A DNA stretch of 64,000 nt from Microcystaceae cyanobacterium (GTDB lineage Bacteria; Cyanobacteriota; Cyanobacteriia; Cyanobacteriales; Microcystaceae), in the NCBI GenBank assembly GCA_041746575.1, contig JBGTGT010000120.1, forward strand, positions 1-64,000, read 5' to 3'. Below, piece after piece: positions 22,263 through 32,663 of the stretch (positions within the stretch are counted from its first letter, which is position 1; the number at the start of each line of letters is the position of its first letter). Both the position numbers and the translations under genes were made by a program. Under the pieces are notes generated by a model. It had not been told where the DNA came from. It worked only from the letters and a program-made list of their open reading frames with translations, and made no database searches.

Positions 22263-23594
22263 ATGCACTGGTCACAACTTTTAACGCCAAAACGATTAGG
22301 AAAACCCTATTTAGAGGATACCCAATTTGAGCGAACCCCTTCTTTGAAAGATTATGACCGTTTGGTTTATTCTGGGGCATTTCGTCGTTTAAAAGATAAA
22401 ACGCAGGTTTTTCCCTTAGCAAAAACAGAAGAAATTCGCACGCGATTAGTGCATAGTCTGGAAGTTTCCTGTGTTGGGCGTTCCTTGGGACGTATTGTGG
22501 GAGATCAGGTGATTAAACGCCATCAGCTTGCGGAATATACCCCTGCCGATTTTGGAGAGATTCTTTCGGCGGCTTGTTTAGCGCATGATATTGGTAATCC
22601 GCCTTTTGGCCATTCGGGAGAAGATGCCATCCGAGTCAGCTTTGAAATGTGGTATCACCTACGTCATTCTCTAGGGCGATTGACGGCTCTAAATCAACAA
22701 CAGAAACGAGATTTTGAATGGTTTGAGGGAAATGCTCAAGGATTTCGTGTCTTGACTCACTTGGAAATTCCCCATCGTTACGGCGGAATGCAATTAACGT
22801 GTCCGACATTAGCAGCATTTACTAAGTATCCGAGAGAATCTTGGATTCCAGAGGAGATTTTGGGGCATTACCAAGGGAAAAGTGTCCAAAAGTTTGGCTT
22901 TTTTCAAGCAGAAAGTGAATTTTTTAGCGAAGTAGCAGAAACAGTGGGGTTGATTCGTCGTCATCCTGAGGTGGCATGGTGGGCGCGTCATCCCTTATCA
23001 TTTCTGGTGGAAGCGGCAGATGATATTTGTTACTTGGTTATTGACCTTGAAGACGGGTTTCGGATGGGTTATATTCCCTTTGAAAAGGTGTGTGATTTAT
23101 TAAATGCGATCGCCGATGTTTCTTTAGATACAAATTATAGCAGTTCAGCAGAAATTATTCGACGTTTACGGGCAAAAGCGATTAATCAGTTAGTGTGGGA
23201 AACGGCGCAGATTTTTTTGGATTATGAATCAGCCATTTTAGCAGGAACGTTTGACGAAGATTTGCTGTCTCGGAGTCGTTTTTACCCTATTTTAACAACG
23301 ATTAAACACCTCGAAGAAACCTTAATTTTCCAGAATCCTGAAGTGGCAGGCTTAAAAGTGGCAGGCTATGAAGTATTAGGGGGATTATTCACTGAATTTG
23401 TTGATGGCGTTATTCATAATACGAAGAAAGGGGAATTATTACTTTACTTATTACCGCCAGAATATCGCCCTAATTCAGATGATGATCTTTACCAAAAGTT
23501 GCTGAAGATCACGGATTTTATTGCGGGAATGACAGATTTCCAAGCGACGAAAATTTTTCAACAACTTAGGGGAATTTCTCTCTTAAAAAACTAA
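22263..23594 (+). CDS. dgt: dGTP triphosphohydrolase (HD domain)
   Basis: RRLKDKTQV, RTRLVHSLEV, HDIGNPPFGHSGE, EGNAQ, EAADDICY, DFIAGMTD. Confidence 0.94.
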   Translation: MHWSQLLTPKRLGKPYLEDTQFERTPSLKDYDRLVYSGAFRRLKDKTQVFPLAKTEEIRTRLVHSLEVSCVGRSLGRIVGDQVIKRHQLAEYTPADFGEILSAACLAHDIGNPPFGHSGEDAIRVSFEMWYHLRHSLGRLTALNQQQKRDFEWFEGNAQGFRVLTHLEIPHRYGGMQLTCPTLAAFTKYPRESWIPEEILGHYQGKSVQKFGFFQAESEFFSEVAETVGLIRRHPEVAWWARHPLSFLVEAADDICYLVIDLEDGFRMGYIPFEKVCDLLNAIADVSLDTNYSSSAEIIRRLRAKAINQLVWETAQIFLDYESAILAGTFDEDLLSRSRFYPILTTIKHLEETLIFQNPEVAGLKVAGYEVLGGLFTEFVDGVIHNTKKGELLLYLLPPEYRPNSDDDLYQKLLKITDFIAGMTDFQATKIFQQLRGISLLKN

Positions 23595-23626
23595 GATGGT
23601 AGGGTTTTAAAAACGTCCTACCATCT
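23594..23626. terminator. Stem-loop between convergent dgt and aqpZ
   Basis: AGATGGTAGGG / TCCTACCATCT 11-bp stem. Confidence 0.65.
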
Positions 23627-23660
23627 CGAAAAAAGAGGTATTTAAGTTTTAAAGGGATAC

Positions 23661-24431
23661 CTAACGCGTTTCGTATTCCCTCTCTTCGTAGGTCGTTGTG
23701 GTAACGACTTTGGGAGCTTCAAAGAACGAGGAATAGAGATAACCCGCTAAAACCGCTCCGATAATCGGTGCAATCCAAAACAGCCATAGTTGACCAATCA
23801 ATGCTCCATTTCCGCAGAAGAGAGCAACGCCAGTGCTACGAGCCGGGTTAACAGAGGTGTTGGTAACAGGAATACTAATTAAGTGGATTAGGGTTAAAGC
23901 CATGCCAATAGCGGCAGGAGCAAAGCCAGCAGGAGCGCGTCCATCCGTCACACCAAGGATAATTATTAAAAACATGAAAGTCATGATGATTTCAGTTAAT
24001 AGACAGGCAAATAAGCCATATCCTTGGGGTGAGTGAGCGCCATACCCATTCGTTGCGAGGGGATTAGAACCGCTTAAATCTATGCCATCAGCACCACCAC
24101 TGGCAATTAAGAGGATGACACCACCCGCCAAAATTGCGCCTAAGACTTGAGCGATGATGTAAGGCAGTAAATCTGAACTGGGGAAGCGTTTTCCAGCGTA
24201 TAGACCAAAAGAAACGGCAGGATTGAAGTGTCCGCCTGAAATATGACCTAAAGCATAGGCTCCCGTAAAGACGGTTAAACCGAAGGCAAGGGCAACCCCT
24301 AAATAGCCTAAACCAAAAGCGTTGTTGTTTTCGCCACCGGGGACGGAAACGAAGGCGGCGATAACGGCACTCCCACAGCCCCCTAAAACGAGCCAGAAAG
24401 TGCCGATAAATTCTGCAAGATACTTTTTCAT
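23661..24431 (-). CDS. aqpZ: Aquaporin Z
   Basis: [27 protein letters not shown]. Confidence 0.97.
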   Translation of the reverse strand: MKKYLAEFIGTFWLVLGGCGSAVIAAFVSVPGGENNNAFGLGYLGVALAFGLTVFTGAYALGHISGGHFNPAVSFGLYAGKRFPSSDLLPYIIAQVLGAILAGGVILLIASGGADGIDLSGSNPLATNGYGAHSPQGYGLFACLLTEIIMTFMFLIIILGVTDGRAPAGFAPAAIGMALTLIHLISIPVTNTSVNPARSTGVALFCGNGALIGQLWLFWIAPIIGAVLAGYLYSSFFEAPKVVTTTTYEEREYETR

Positions 24432-24579
24432 GGTTGTTTTCCCAAAGTTTTGTCAACAAAATTGTTGCTAATTGTAGCAGACGTTTGAAAATTTAGGATT
24501 GATTCCTCATTTTCTGTCATAAAAATATTACGTTATCTCAAAAAAAAATTAAGTTTTTCGATTTTAAGGAAATAAAAGT

Positions 24580-25809
24580 TTAAGAAGTCATTACCATTAC
24601 TTTAATGAGTGTTCCAACCTCTAAAAATGTAACACCGATGGGAATAACTGCAAGAGCATTTGTTTGGGCTAAATTAATTAAATTTGCTGAATTTTGGCTC
24701 CCTTTCGCCCCAGAAAATTGGCACTTTCCCGCTATAATGTGTAAATTTCCCCAAATATAAGTTTCCCGTTGTCCACCGGATGTTAAAGGGTGTTGCAATT
24801 CGGCACTTATCCAATGGGGGGTATAATCTGCGGCTAATCCAGAACCCTTTTTTAAGGCAGGTTGCACAAATCGCCAAGCAGTGACTAAAGCGGACACGGG
24901 ATTGCCCGGAATACCAAAATAGAGGCAACCATTGGGAAATTTAGCTACCGTTAAGGGTTTACCCGGTTTAATGGCGACACTGCGAATTTGAATATCTGCA
25001 CCCAATTCGCCCAAGAGGGTTTCAATGTAGTCGTAGTCACCCACGGAAACTCCACCCGTTGAGAGAACAAAATCCCCTTGATTAATCGCTTTTTTAATTG
25101 TTTCTCGCAAAATGTCAGGCTCATCAGGTAAAATACCTAATTGAGTGGGGATTGCGCCTTGAGATTCGATAAAGGCACTTAAAGCATACTGATTAGAATC
25201 AATAATTTGGCCGGGTTTTAAGGTCGTTTTAGGGGAAATTAATTCGTTACCTGTCGAAAAAATCGCCACTTTGGGCTGACGATAAACAGTTACTTGGACA
25301 CATTGTGCGGTAGCTAATACAGCAATTTCAGGGGAATTAAGCTTAATTCCTACGGGTAATAAGGAGTTTCCTGCTTGATAATAGGCACCTTTCTGACGGA
25401 CGAAGTGTTGCGGTGCATCAGGGGCAATCAGAATTTTGACCTGTTGTCCTTCCCGTTGCGTATTTTCCTGCATAATCACGGTATCCGCCCCTTCGGGTAA
25501 CATCGCTCCTGTAAAGATACGAGCGGCTTTTCCAGATTCAATGACGGTTTGTGGCGCAATCCCTGCTGGAATTTCGCTAACGACTTCTAAAATGACAGGA
25601 TTTTTAGTATTGGCATTCTTAACATCGTCAAAGCGAACCGCATAACCATCCATCGCCGAGTTATCCCAATAAGGAAAGTCTAGCTTACTGGTCACGGATT
25701 GCCCTAAAATACGACCTTGAACTGCTTCAAGGGGCAAAATTTCCGTCTCTGTTAAGGGTTTGACAAGATCTAAGATGATCGCTTCAGCTTCTTGGACGGA
25801 GATCATCAT
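24580..25809 (-). CDS. moeA: Molybdopterin molybdotransferase MoeA
   Basis: SAMDGYA, RIFTGA, STGNEL, TGGVSVGD, PGKP, PGNPVS. Confidence 0.96.
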   Translation of the reverse strand: MMISVQEAEAIILDLVKPLTETEILPLEAVQGRILGQSVTSKLDFPYWDNSAMDGYAVRFDDVKNANTKNPVILEVVSEIPAGIAPQTVIESGKAARIFTGAMLPEGADTVIMQENTQREGQQVKILIAPDAPQHFVRQKGAYYQAGNSLLPVGIKLNSPEIAVLATAQCVQVTVYRQPKVAIFSTGNELISPKTTLKPGQIIDSNQYALSAFIESQGAIPTQLGILPDEPDILRETIKKAINQGDFVLSTGGVSVGDYDYIETLLGELGADIQIRSVAIKPGKPLTVAKFPNGCLYFGIPGNPVSALVTAWRFVQPALKKGSGLAADYTPHWISAELQHPLTSGGQRETYIWGNLHIIAGKCQFSGAKGSQNSANLINLAQTNALAVIPIGVTFLEVGTLIKVMVMTS

Positions 25810-25994
25810 GATAGTTAATCGTTAAGTGATTAACGATACATCTTACACGATAGCTCGTTGAGTGAGGTAAAGTCAGCGATCCTACTCGCTTAATAAAAGA
25901 TTTGTGATCATTCAGGTTTGAAGAGATAATCATTAACTAAACTAGATAAATATTCACTTATTTAAGCATCCTTTCCCTTGGAGTGCAAAAATCT

Positions 25995-26876
25995 ATGAAT
26001 CAGTTTAAAACAATCGCTCTTTTGGGCTTATTAAGCGGTTTATTGGTGGCGATTGGTTATTTTATTGGAGGGACAACGGGAGCCCTTATTGGTCTCATAT
26101 TCGCCTTAATTAGTAACTTCGGATCTTGGTATTTTTCAGATCGTATTGCTTTGGCGGCCTATCAAGCACAACCCGTTACCGCCCAACAAGCTCCAGAATT
26201 GTACACAATGGTGCAAAAACTTTGTGAAAAAGCAGATTTGCCCATGCCTGATATTTATATCGTCCCTAATCAAGCAGCCAATGCCTTCGCTACGGGCAGA
26301 GATCCGAATCATGCGGCTGTCGCTGTCACGGAAGGAATTTTACAACTTCTACCTGCCGACGAATTAGAAGCCGTCATTGCTCACGAATTGAGTCATGTCC
26401 GCAACCGTGATACCTTAACTCAAGCGATCGCCGCTACGATCGCCGGGGCAATTTCCTATCTGGCGCAAATGCTAAGTTACAGTATGTGGTATATGGGTAG
26501 CTCACGAGATCGAGAAGGAGGAGGCATAAATCCGATTGGACTTTTGGTAACGGTTTTTTTAGCACCCATCGCGGCGTCAGTGATTCAAATGTCTATTTCT
26601 CGGACACGGGAATTTGAGGCGGATACAGGCTCTGCTCAATTAACAGGTAATCCCAGAGCATTAGTTCGGGCATTACAACGGTTAGAGGCGATGGGAAGAC
26701 AAATGCCATTGCAAGCAAATCCTGCTTTTGAACCCTTATTAATTAGTAGTCCTTTTTCGGGTCAATTTTTGGCGAATTTGTTTTCAACTCATCCTTCAAC
26801 AGAGGCACGGGTGGAAAATTTGTTACGCCTTGAACAAGACTTACAGAAATCCGTAAATACGAACAGTTACTCGTAA
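25995..26876 (+). CDS. htpX: M48 zinc metalloprotease HtpX
   Basis: NAFATG, HELSH, SRTREFEAD, FSTHP; ATG at 25995 after GGAG. Confidence 0.94.
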   Translation: MNQFKTIALLGLLSGLLVAIGYFIGGTTGALIGLIFALISNFGSWYFSDRIALAAYQAQPVTAQQAPELYTMVQKLCEKADLPMPDIYIVPNQAANAFATGRDPNHAAVAVTEGILQLLPADELEAVIAHELSHVRNRDTLTQAIAATIAGAISYLAQMLSYSMWYMGSSRDREGGGINPIGLLVTVFLAPIAASVIQMSISRTREFEADTGSAQLTGNPRALVRALQRLEAMGRQMPLQANPAFEPLLISSPFSGQFLANLFSTHPSTEARVENLLRLEQDLQKSVNTNSYS

Positions 26877-26962
26877 TTTAGTCAATCGTTAAAGTGAGGA
26901 GATCAGAGAAGTTATTTTCTTTTTTTTGCCTCACTATTTTATTAAATTTTAGAATTCAAGTC

Positions 26963-27637
26963 ATGTCTTTTCAGTCTTTATTATCGTTACTACAGTTGGT
27001 GAGTCCTGTATTACCTGTTGGGGCTTATAGTTATTCTGAAGGATTAGAAACCTTAGTCGAACAAGGCGTTATTCAGGACGCTAAAACGTTACAAGACTGG
27101 TTAATTAATGAGCTTTCTCATGGCAGTATTCGAGTAGAAACGGCTCTCATGATCAGAGGTTATCGCTCTTTTTTAGAGCAAGATTTAGAGCAGTTAAACG
27201 ATTGGAATCGATGGTTATCTGCTAATCGAGAAACCAAGGAGTTACGTCAGCAAAGTTGGCAAATGGGACAATCTTTCTTATATTTATTAAAGGCATTGAA
27301 TCCTGAGTTAAATTCAACGATCAAACAGATTCATCTCCCCTGTAATTATGCGATCGCTTTTAGTTTAGGGGTGTATGCTTGGCAAGTTAACTTAACAGAA
27401 AGCGTGATGGGTTATTTATGGAGTTGGCAAACTAATTTAGTGAATGCAGGCGTAAAACTAATTCCGCTCGGACAAACAGCAGGACAACAAATTCTTTTTG
27501 ATCTTAACCCTCATTTAATTGAGATAGCACCGGCAATTTTAACCCTCAAAGATGAGGATTTATCGAGTTGCAGTTGGGGTTTAGCGTTGGCAAGTATGGC
27601 TCATGAAACTCAGTATTCTAGGCTTTTTCGCAGTTAA
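26963..27637 (+). CDS. ureF: Urease accessory protein UreF
   Basis: [34 protein letters not shown]. Confidence 0.96.
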   Translation: MSFQSLLSLLQLVSPVLPVGAYSYSEGLETLVEQGVIQDAKTLQDWLINELSHGSIRVETALMIRGYRSFLEQDLEQLNDWNRWLSANRETKELRQQSWQMGQSFLYLLKALNPELNSTIKQIHLPCNYAIAFSLGVYAWQVNLTESVMGYLWSWQTNLVNAGVKLIPLGQTAGQQILFDLNPHLIEIAPAILTLKDEDLSSCSWGLALASMAHETQYSRLFRS

Positions 27638-27803
27638 ATAAAAGACAAAATATCATCATTGTTCCTCGCAAGAGTAGCAACCCATCTAAACTGACAGCAA
27701 ATTGCGAGCTATATCATACACCTTTGAGGGTCTGACGTTTTATTATCTTTTTTGATGCTCGATTTCCGCCGTACAAAAATTTGAATCAGAATCGGTCAAA
27801 TCC

Positions 27804-28682
27804 CTAATCTTGTAATGCTACTGTATAATCTTTCAACATTTTCTGTAGGGAATTTCGCCAATAAGGAGGACATTGCTCGATAGCCTCTGTGATTTTTCGA
27901 CCTGATAAAACCGAATAAGCAGGACGTTTAGCAGGGGTAGGGTATTCGGCGGTTGTGATGGGTAATATTTGTTCAATTTTTAGGGGCATTCCTAACGCTT
28001 TGGCTTCGGCAAAAATAGCGATCGCAAAATCATACCAACTGGCAACACCACTATTAGTAAAATGATAGATACCTGTTGCTTCTACCTTAATTAATTCAGC
28101 GATAGTTTCGGCAATATCCCGCGACCAAGTAGGAGAGCCTACTTGATCTATAACCACTTTTAGTTGTTCTTTTTCTCGCCCTAATCTTAACATGGTTTTG
28201 ACAAAATTTCCTTGACCCGCTACGCCATAAACCCACGCTGTTCTAAGGATACAAAACTTTCCCCCTACAGATTGAATACCTAATTCTCCTTCTAATTTTG
28301 ATTTTCCGTAGATACTTAAAGGATTGGTTTGATCTTTTTCTAAATAAGGCGTATTTTTTGTTCCATCAAAGACATAATCGGTAGAAATATGTAGCAAGGA
28401 GGCGTTAATTTTTTGGGATGTTTCTGCTACGATAGTAGGCGCGATCGCATTAATTTGATAAGCTAATTCGGGTTCAGCTTCTGCTTTGTCAACAGCCGTA
28501 TAAGCCGCACTATTAACAATGATATCGGGTTGAATCTTTTGAATCGTTTGGCGAATGGCATCCTGATGGGTTAAGTCAAGAGTAGAGCGCGTTAAGGTTT
28601 GAACATTTCCTACTGAATTTAACACTGTTTGTAATTCTGTTCCGACTTGTCCATTTGCACCGATTAAAAGAATTTGCTTCAT
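27804..28682 (-). CDS. rfbD: dTDP-4-dehydrorhamnose reductase
   Basis: GANGQVG, AAYTAVDKAE, STDYVFDG, YGKSK. Confidence 0.96.
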   Translation of the reverse strand: MKQILLIGANGQVGTELQTVLNSVGNVQTLTRSTLDLTHQDAIRQTIQKIQPDIIVNSAAYTAVDKAEAEPELAYQINAIAPTIVAETSQKINASLLHISTDYVFDGTKNTPYLEKDQTNPLSIYGKSKLEGELGIQSVGGKFCILRTAWVYGVAGQGNFVKTMLRLGREKEQLKVVIDQVGSPTWSRDIAETIAELIKVEATGIYHFTNSGVASWYDFAIAIFAEAKALGMPLKIEQILPITTAEYPTPAKRPAYSVLSGRKITEAIEQCPPYWRNSLQKMLKDYTVALQD

Positions 28683-28817
28683 TTTTCCTTGATCTCTCTA
28701 ACTAATTATGTTTGCTAGAACTCACTCAATAAATCTTTTTGTTAGACACAGTAAATTTAAAAAAGATTTAATTAAACACGATAATATCAATTTTTTATTC
28801 TAGGTTTATCTGTTAAT

Positions 28818-29363
28818 TTATTCATAAAGATCAGCCTCTTGAAAAGATTTACCTTTTTGATCTTTTTCGGATAAAATAGGATCTTCTGTCGTTGGCCAAT
28901 TAATGGCAATTTTAGGATCATTCCAAATGAGGGTTCTATCAAACTGAGGCGCATAATAATCCGTTGTTTTATATAAAAACTCAGCCTCATCCGATAAGAC
29001 CAAAAATCCATGAGCGAATCCTTTAGGAATCCAAAATTGCCGCTTGTTTTCTGCACTTAGATGACAACCCACCCATTGACCAAGGGTTGTAGAAGATTTC
29101 CTAAGATCAACGGCAACGTCAAATACTTCTCCTTTGATAACTCTTACTAATTTACCTTGAGGTTGTTGAATTTGATAATGAAGTCCTCTGAGGACATTTT
29201 TTTGCGAACGAGAATGATTATCTTGAACGAAATGAAGCTGAAGTCCCGTTTCTTGAGTAAATACTTTTTCATTGTAACTTTCGTAGAAAAAACCTCGTTC
29301 ATCTCCAAAGATACGGGGTTCAATCATAAGAACGTCAGAAATCTCGGTTTGAATAACCTGCAT
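28818..29363 (-). CDS. rfbC: dTDP-4-dehydrorhamnose 3,5-epimerase
   Basis: DERGFF, LRGLHYQ, GFAHGF, LSEKD. Confidence 0.97.
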   Translation of the reverse strand: MQVIQTEISDVLMIEPRIFGDERGFFYESYNEKVFTQETGLQLHFVQDNHSRSQKNVLRGLHYQIQQPQGKLVRVIKGEVFDVAVDLRKSSTTLGQWVGCHLSAENKRQFWIPKGFAHGFLVLSDEAEFLYKTTDYYAPQFDRTLIWNDPKIAINWPTTEDPILSEKDQKGKSFQEADLYE

Positions 29364-29531
29364 AAATTTAAAAAAACTCAGTTCACCGTTAGCATAGCAG
29401 GATTGGGGAACAGTTGAAAGTCAAAAATTAGAAGCGTCGTCTAGATTGCACTTTGGTTAATTTATCAGAATTCAATTTTATAATAAGTGAGCAGATAAAT
29501 TGTAGTAAACTTCAGTAAGGAGAATTTGAGG

Positions 29532-30326
29532 ATGACTGGACCTGCTATTCTAGCGTTAGATTTTGACGGTGTAATTTGCAATGGATTACGAGAATATTTT
29601 CAAACCAGCAAACGAACCTATCAAAAATTATGGTTACCTAATCAGATAGAAAATCTGGAAATTTATGCGTCCCGTTTTTATCAATTGCGACCAGTCATTG
29701 AAACAGGGTGGGAAATGCCGTTATTAATTCATGCGATGGTTTTAGGGTACGATGATATGCAAATCTTAAATCATTGGGCAAACATTTCTTCTCATTTGAT
29801 AGAAAAAGAATCATTAAATAAAATGGTTTTAATGGCAACCTTGGATGAAGTGCGAGATCATTGGATTCAATCCGATTTAGAGGGATGGTTAAGTTTACAC
29901 CAATTTTATGACGGTGTGATTGAGAAACTCAAAAAAATCATGAATTCTTCGACTTATTTGTATATTGTTACCACGAAAGAAGGGCGATTTGTTAAACAAC
30001 TTTTGAAAAATCAAGACGTTGAACTTCCTGCGCATACTATTTATGGAAAAGAAATTAAACAGCCTAAATATCAAACCCTACAACAAATTTTACAGTTTCA
30101 CGCTGAAATTCCAGAGCATTTATGGTTTGTCGAAGATTTACTGAAAACCTTACAATCCGTTCAAAAACAAAACACCCTACAGGGAATTAAATTATATTTA
30201 GCAGACTGGGGCTATAATACTCCTAAAACAAGAGCCTTTTTAGAGGGACAATCGACGATTAAATGTTTATCTTTAGACCAATTTTGTCAAGATTTTCCGC
30301 AATGGAATGATAGAATTAACGTATAA
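29532..30326 (+). CDS. HAD superfamily hydrolase
   Basis: DFDGVI motif I, VTTK, FVED, LADWGYN. Confidence 0.88.
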   Translation: MTGPAILALDFDGVICNGLREYFQTSKRTYQKLWLPNQIENLEIYASRFYQLRPVIETGWEMPLLIHAMVLGYDDMQILNHWANISSHLIEKESLNKMVLMATLDEVRDHWIQSDLEGWLSLHQFYDGVIEKLKKIMNSSTYLYIVTTKEGRFVKQLLKNQDVELPAHTIYGKEIKQPKYQTLQQILQFHAEIPEHLWFVEDLLKTLQSVQKQNTLQGIKLYLADWGYNTPKTRAFLEGQSTIKCLSLDQFCQDFPQWNDRINV

Positions 30327-30740
30327 TCTTCGTAAAAATCGGCAATAAAAACCTTGAAAATTTTAGATTGTATCAGATGGAGAGGTTAACAGCGTTTACC
30401 CAAAATTTAGTGTAGAAAGATATTGATAGCTTAATAACTTAATACTCTATTCTAGACTTTAAGGGTTGGATTTGCTAAGATATGATCAGCAAAATAGAGC
30501 AATGAACGTTGCTTAACTTAATAAAAATTGATAAATGTTCATCTTCTTTTTCAGATTTAATTGTTAGAATGAATAGCATAATTCTCAAAAGTGAGTAAGT
30601 ACGGATAGAGCGTGTAGCAAACTGAGTGTTTGTCTTATCTCGTTTGTTGATTGTCGTTTCCTCTGCTTAATTAGTAAAGTAACGTTTGTTATGCGCTCCT
30701 TTTTGTTAGTAAAACTGATATTTATAAGGAGATCCGAGCA

Positions 30741-30893
30741 ATGAAACCAATGATTTGGCATCCCGAACCTCAAGATGAAAAAGTTAATCAATATCTTGAT
30801 CAAGTGAATCACGAACCTTGGTTAATGATGACTGCAGTTGGATTATTAATGATCTTTCTGATGACGGTTTTAATTCTAGTGGGTGTTTTTTAA
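30741..30893 (+). CDS. Small (50 aa) single-pass membrane protein, unknown function; not in the ORF track
   Basis: MKPMIWHPEPQDEKVNQYLDQVNHEPWLMMTAVGLLMIFLMTVLILVGVF; AAGGAG RBS upstream; hydrophobic C-terminal half. Confidence 0.6.
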   Translation: MKPMIWHPEPQDEKVNQYLDQVNHEPWLMMTAVGLLMIFLMTVLILVGVF

Positions 30894-30912
30894 GCTTGTT
30901 CATATTGTGTCA

Positions 30913-31016
30913 TTTAATTCCTTGTGAGAAAGAACAAATTTCTGCTGCCTTCGACGTTATGGGGTTAACGCTGTTAGCCCCTACATCTTGATTACCTTCT
31001 GTCACAAATGATTAAA
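30913..31016. repeat. Degenerate REP/MITE-like element
   Basis: Imperfect terminal inverted repeats (TTTAATTCCTTGTGAGAAAG ... CTTCTGTCACAAATGATTAAA) around hairpin GGGGTTAAC-GCT-GTTAGCCCC-TAC (30961-30984). Confidence 0.6.
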
Positions 31017-31085
31017 TTTTTTCCCACATCTCTTGCCTAATTTGAGCAGAGAAACCAAACTAGACGTAAGCGTTTGGCAAAGTCT

Positions 31086-32663
31086 ATGTCTCTCAATCGA
31101 CGCAATTTTTTGAAAGGGGGGATGGTCGGTGGAACCCTGCTAACAACTTTTCTGACTGTTCCGCAACCGACTTGGGCTTTAAGTCCGCAGATTCCTCGGT
31201 TTCAACTCCCCTTCAGAATTCCGCCCGAATTGTCTCCCCTTCGTAGTGATGACACCACCGATTACTACGAAATTAGGGTTCAAAAAGTGATGGTCAGTAT
31301 TTTACCCGGTCTGATGACCGAAATGTGGAGTTATAACGGGCTGTATCCGGGACCTACCATTCGGCAATTAGGGGGTAAGCGCAGTGAGGGGGGTCGTCAA
31401 TCTGTCGTACGATTTATTAATCAGCTTGGGCTAGATTCAGAAGGCAAACCGATTAATACCGTAACTCATCTGCATGGGATGGCTTCTTTACCCCAATATG
31501 ATGGTTTTGCAGAAGATTTAATTGCGCCGGCTCATTTCAAAGACTATATCTATCCTAACGATCGAGCGGCCACCATTTGGTATCATGACCATACCATTGA
31601 CCAAACGGCTCGCAATGTTTATCGGGGTCTGGCAGGAATGTATATTGTCGAAGATCAAGTCGAAAAGGACTTGCCTTTACCGAAAGGCGCGTACGACATC
31701 CCCCTCATTCTCCAAGATGCTTTTTTTGCTAGTGATGGACGTCTGGTATTTAATGACCGCGATCGCAAAAACCTCTACGGCGACGTTATCCTCGTCAATG
31801 GCGTTCCTTGGCCTCGCATGGCTGTCGCCAATCGCAAGTACCGTTTTCGTTTGCTGAACGCGTCTGCCTCACGAAGTTATAATTTAGCCCTCAGTCAAGA
31901 TGAACAACGGTTAACGAAGGGTGAAACCCTAATTGTCATCGGTTCCGACGGAGGATTATTAGAAACACCAGTTGAATTAACAACCCCCTTCGAAGTTCTC
32001 AAAATTGGCATGGCTGAACGCTACGAAGTCGTGATTGATTTTTCTCGTTATCCCGTCGGCCATTCCGTTTATCTCAAGAATCTAGGCTTTACGGGCAGTA
32101 TTGATGCCGATACTCGAACTCATACCTTAATGCGATTTGATGTTGTGCGAGAAGAACCCGACGAGAGCGAAATCCCTGATACGATCCGTCCTGTTCCCCG
32201 TTTATCTCCTGCCGATGCTGTGCGTACTCGTAAATTCCGATTTGCCCGCAATTTCGATGGCTGGGTGATCAACAATCATCAATGGAATCCTAATTTTGTG
32301 ATAGCTGATCCTCAGCAGGGAGATGTAGAAATCTGGGAACTGATTAATCCCGGCAGTGGTTGGTTTCATCCCGTCCACATTCATCTCATTGATATGCAGA
32401 TGTTAAATCGCAATGGGTTGCCCCCTCGTCCCTACGAACGCGGCTGGAAAGACGTTTTTCATGTGGGTGAATTTGAGACTTTGCGTATCATCGGCCAGTT
32501 TGGTACTCGTGACGGAAATTACATCAATGGTAAATTTATGATGCACTGCCATAACCTAGTCCACGAAGATCACTCTATGATGACGATCTTTGAAATTGGT
32601 CACGGTGGCACCGACCCCTTATCTGCTCCCGCCTTACCGATTTCCGAAATGCAACTGCTCTAA
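31086..32663 (+). CDS. Tat-exported multicopper oxidase (CotA/bilirubin oxidase-like)
   Basis: RRNFLK twin-arginine signal; copper ligands HLH, WYHDH, HPVHIH, HCHNLVHEDHSM. Confidence 0.93.
   Translation: MSLNRRNFLKGGMVGGTLLTTFLTVPQPTWALSPQIPRFQLPFRIPPELSPLRSDDTTDYYEIRVQKVMVSILPGLMTEMWSYNGLYPGPTIRQLGGKRSEGGRQSVVRFINQLGLDSEGKPINTVTHLHGMASLPQYDGFAEDLIAPAHFKDYIYPNDRAATIWYHDHTIDQTARNVYRGLAGMYIVEDQVEKDLPLPKGAYDIPLILQDAFFASDGRLVFNDRDRKNLYGDVILVNGVPWPRMAVANRKYRFRLLNASASRSYNLALSQDEQRLTKGETLIVIGSDGGLLETPVELTTPFEVLKIGMAERYEVVIDFSRYPVGHSVYLKNLGFTGSIDADTRTHTLMRFDVVREEPDESEIPDTIRPVPRLSPADAVRTRKFRFARNFDGWVINNHQWNPNFVIADPQQGDVEIWELINPGSGWFHPVHIHLIDMQMLNRNGLPPRPYERGWKDVFHVGEFETLRIIGQFGTRDGNYINGKFMMHCHNLVHEDHSMMTIFEIGHGGTDPLSAPALPISEMQLL

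Noticed and set aside
22263..23594. dGTPase as an anti-phage defence system
   Set aside because: Housekeeping neighbourhood with no other defence genes; cannot be separated from ordinary dgt without a phylogeny
26963..27637. ureF without other urease genes
   Set aside because: Urease genes are commonly scattered in unicellular cyanobacteria
30585..30812. 75-aa minus-strand ORF
   Set aside because: Overlaps the better supported plus-strand 50-aa ORF, which has an RBS and a TM segment
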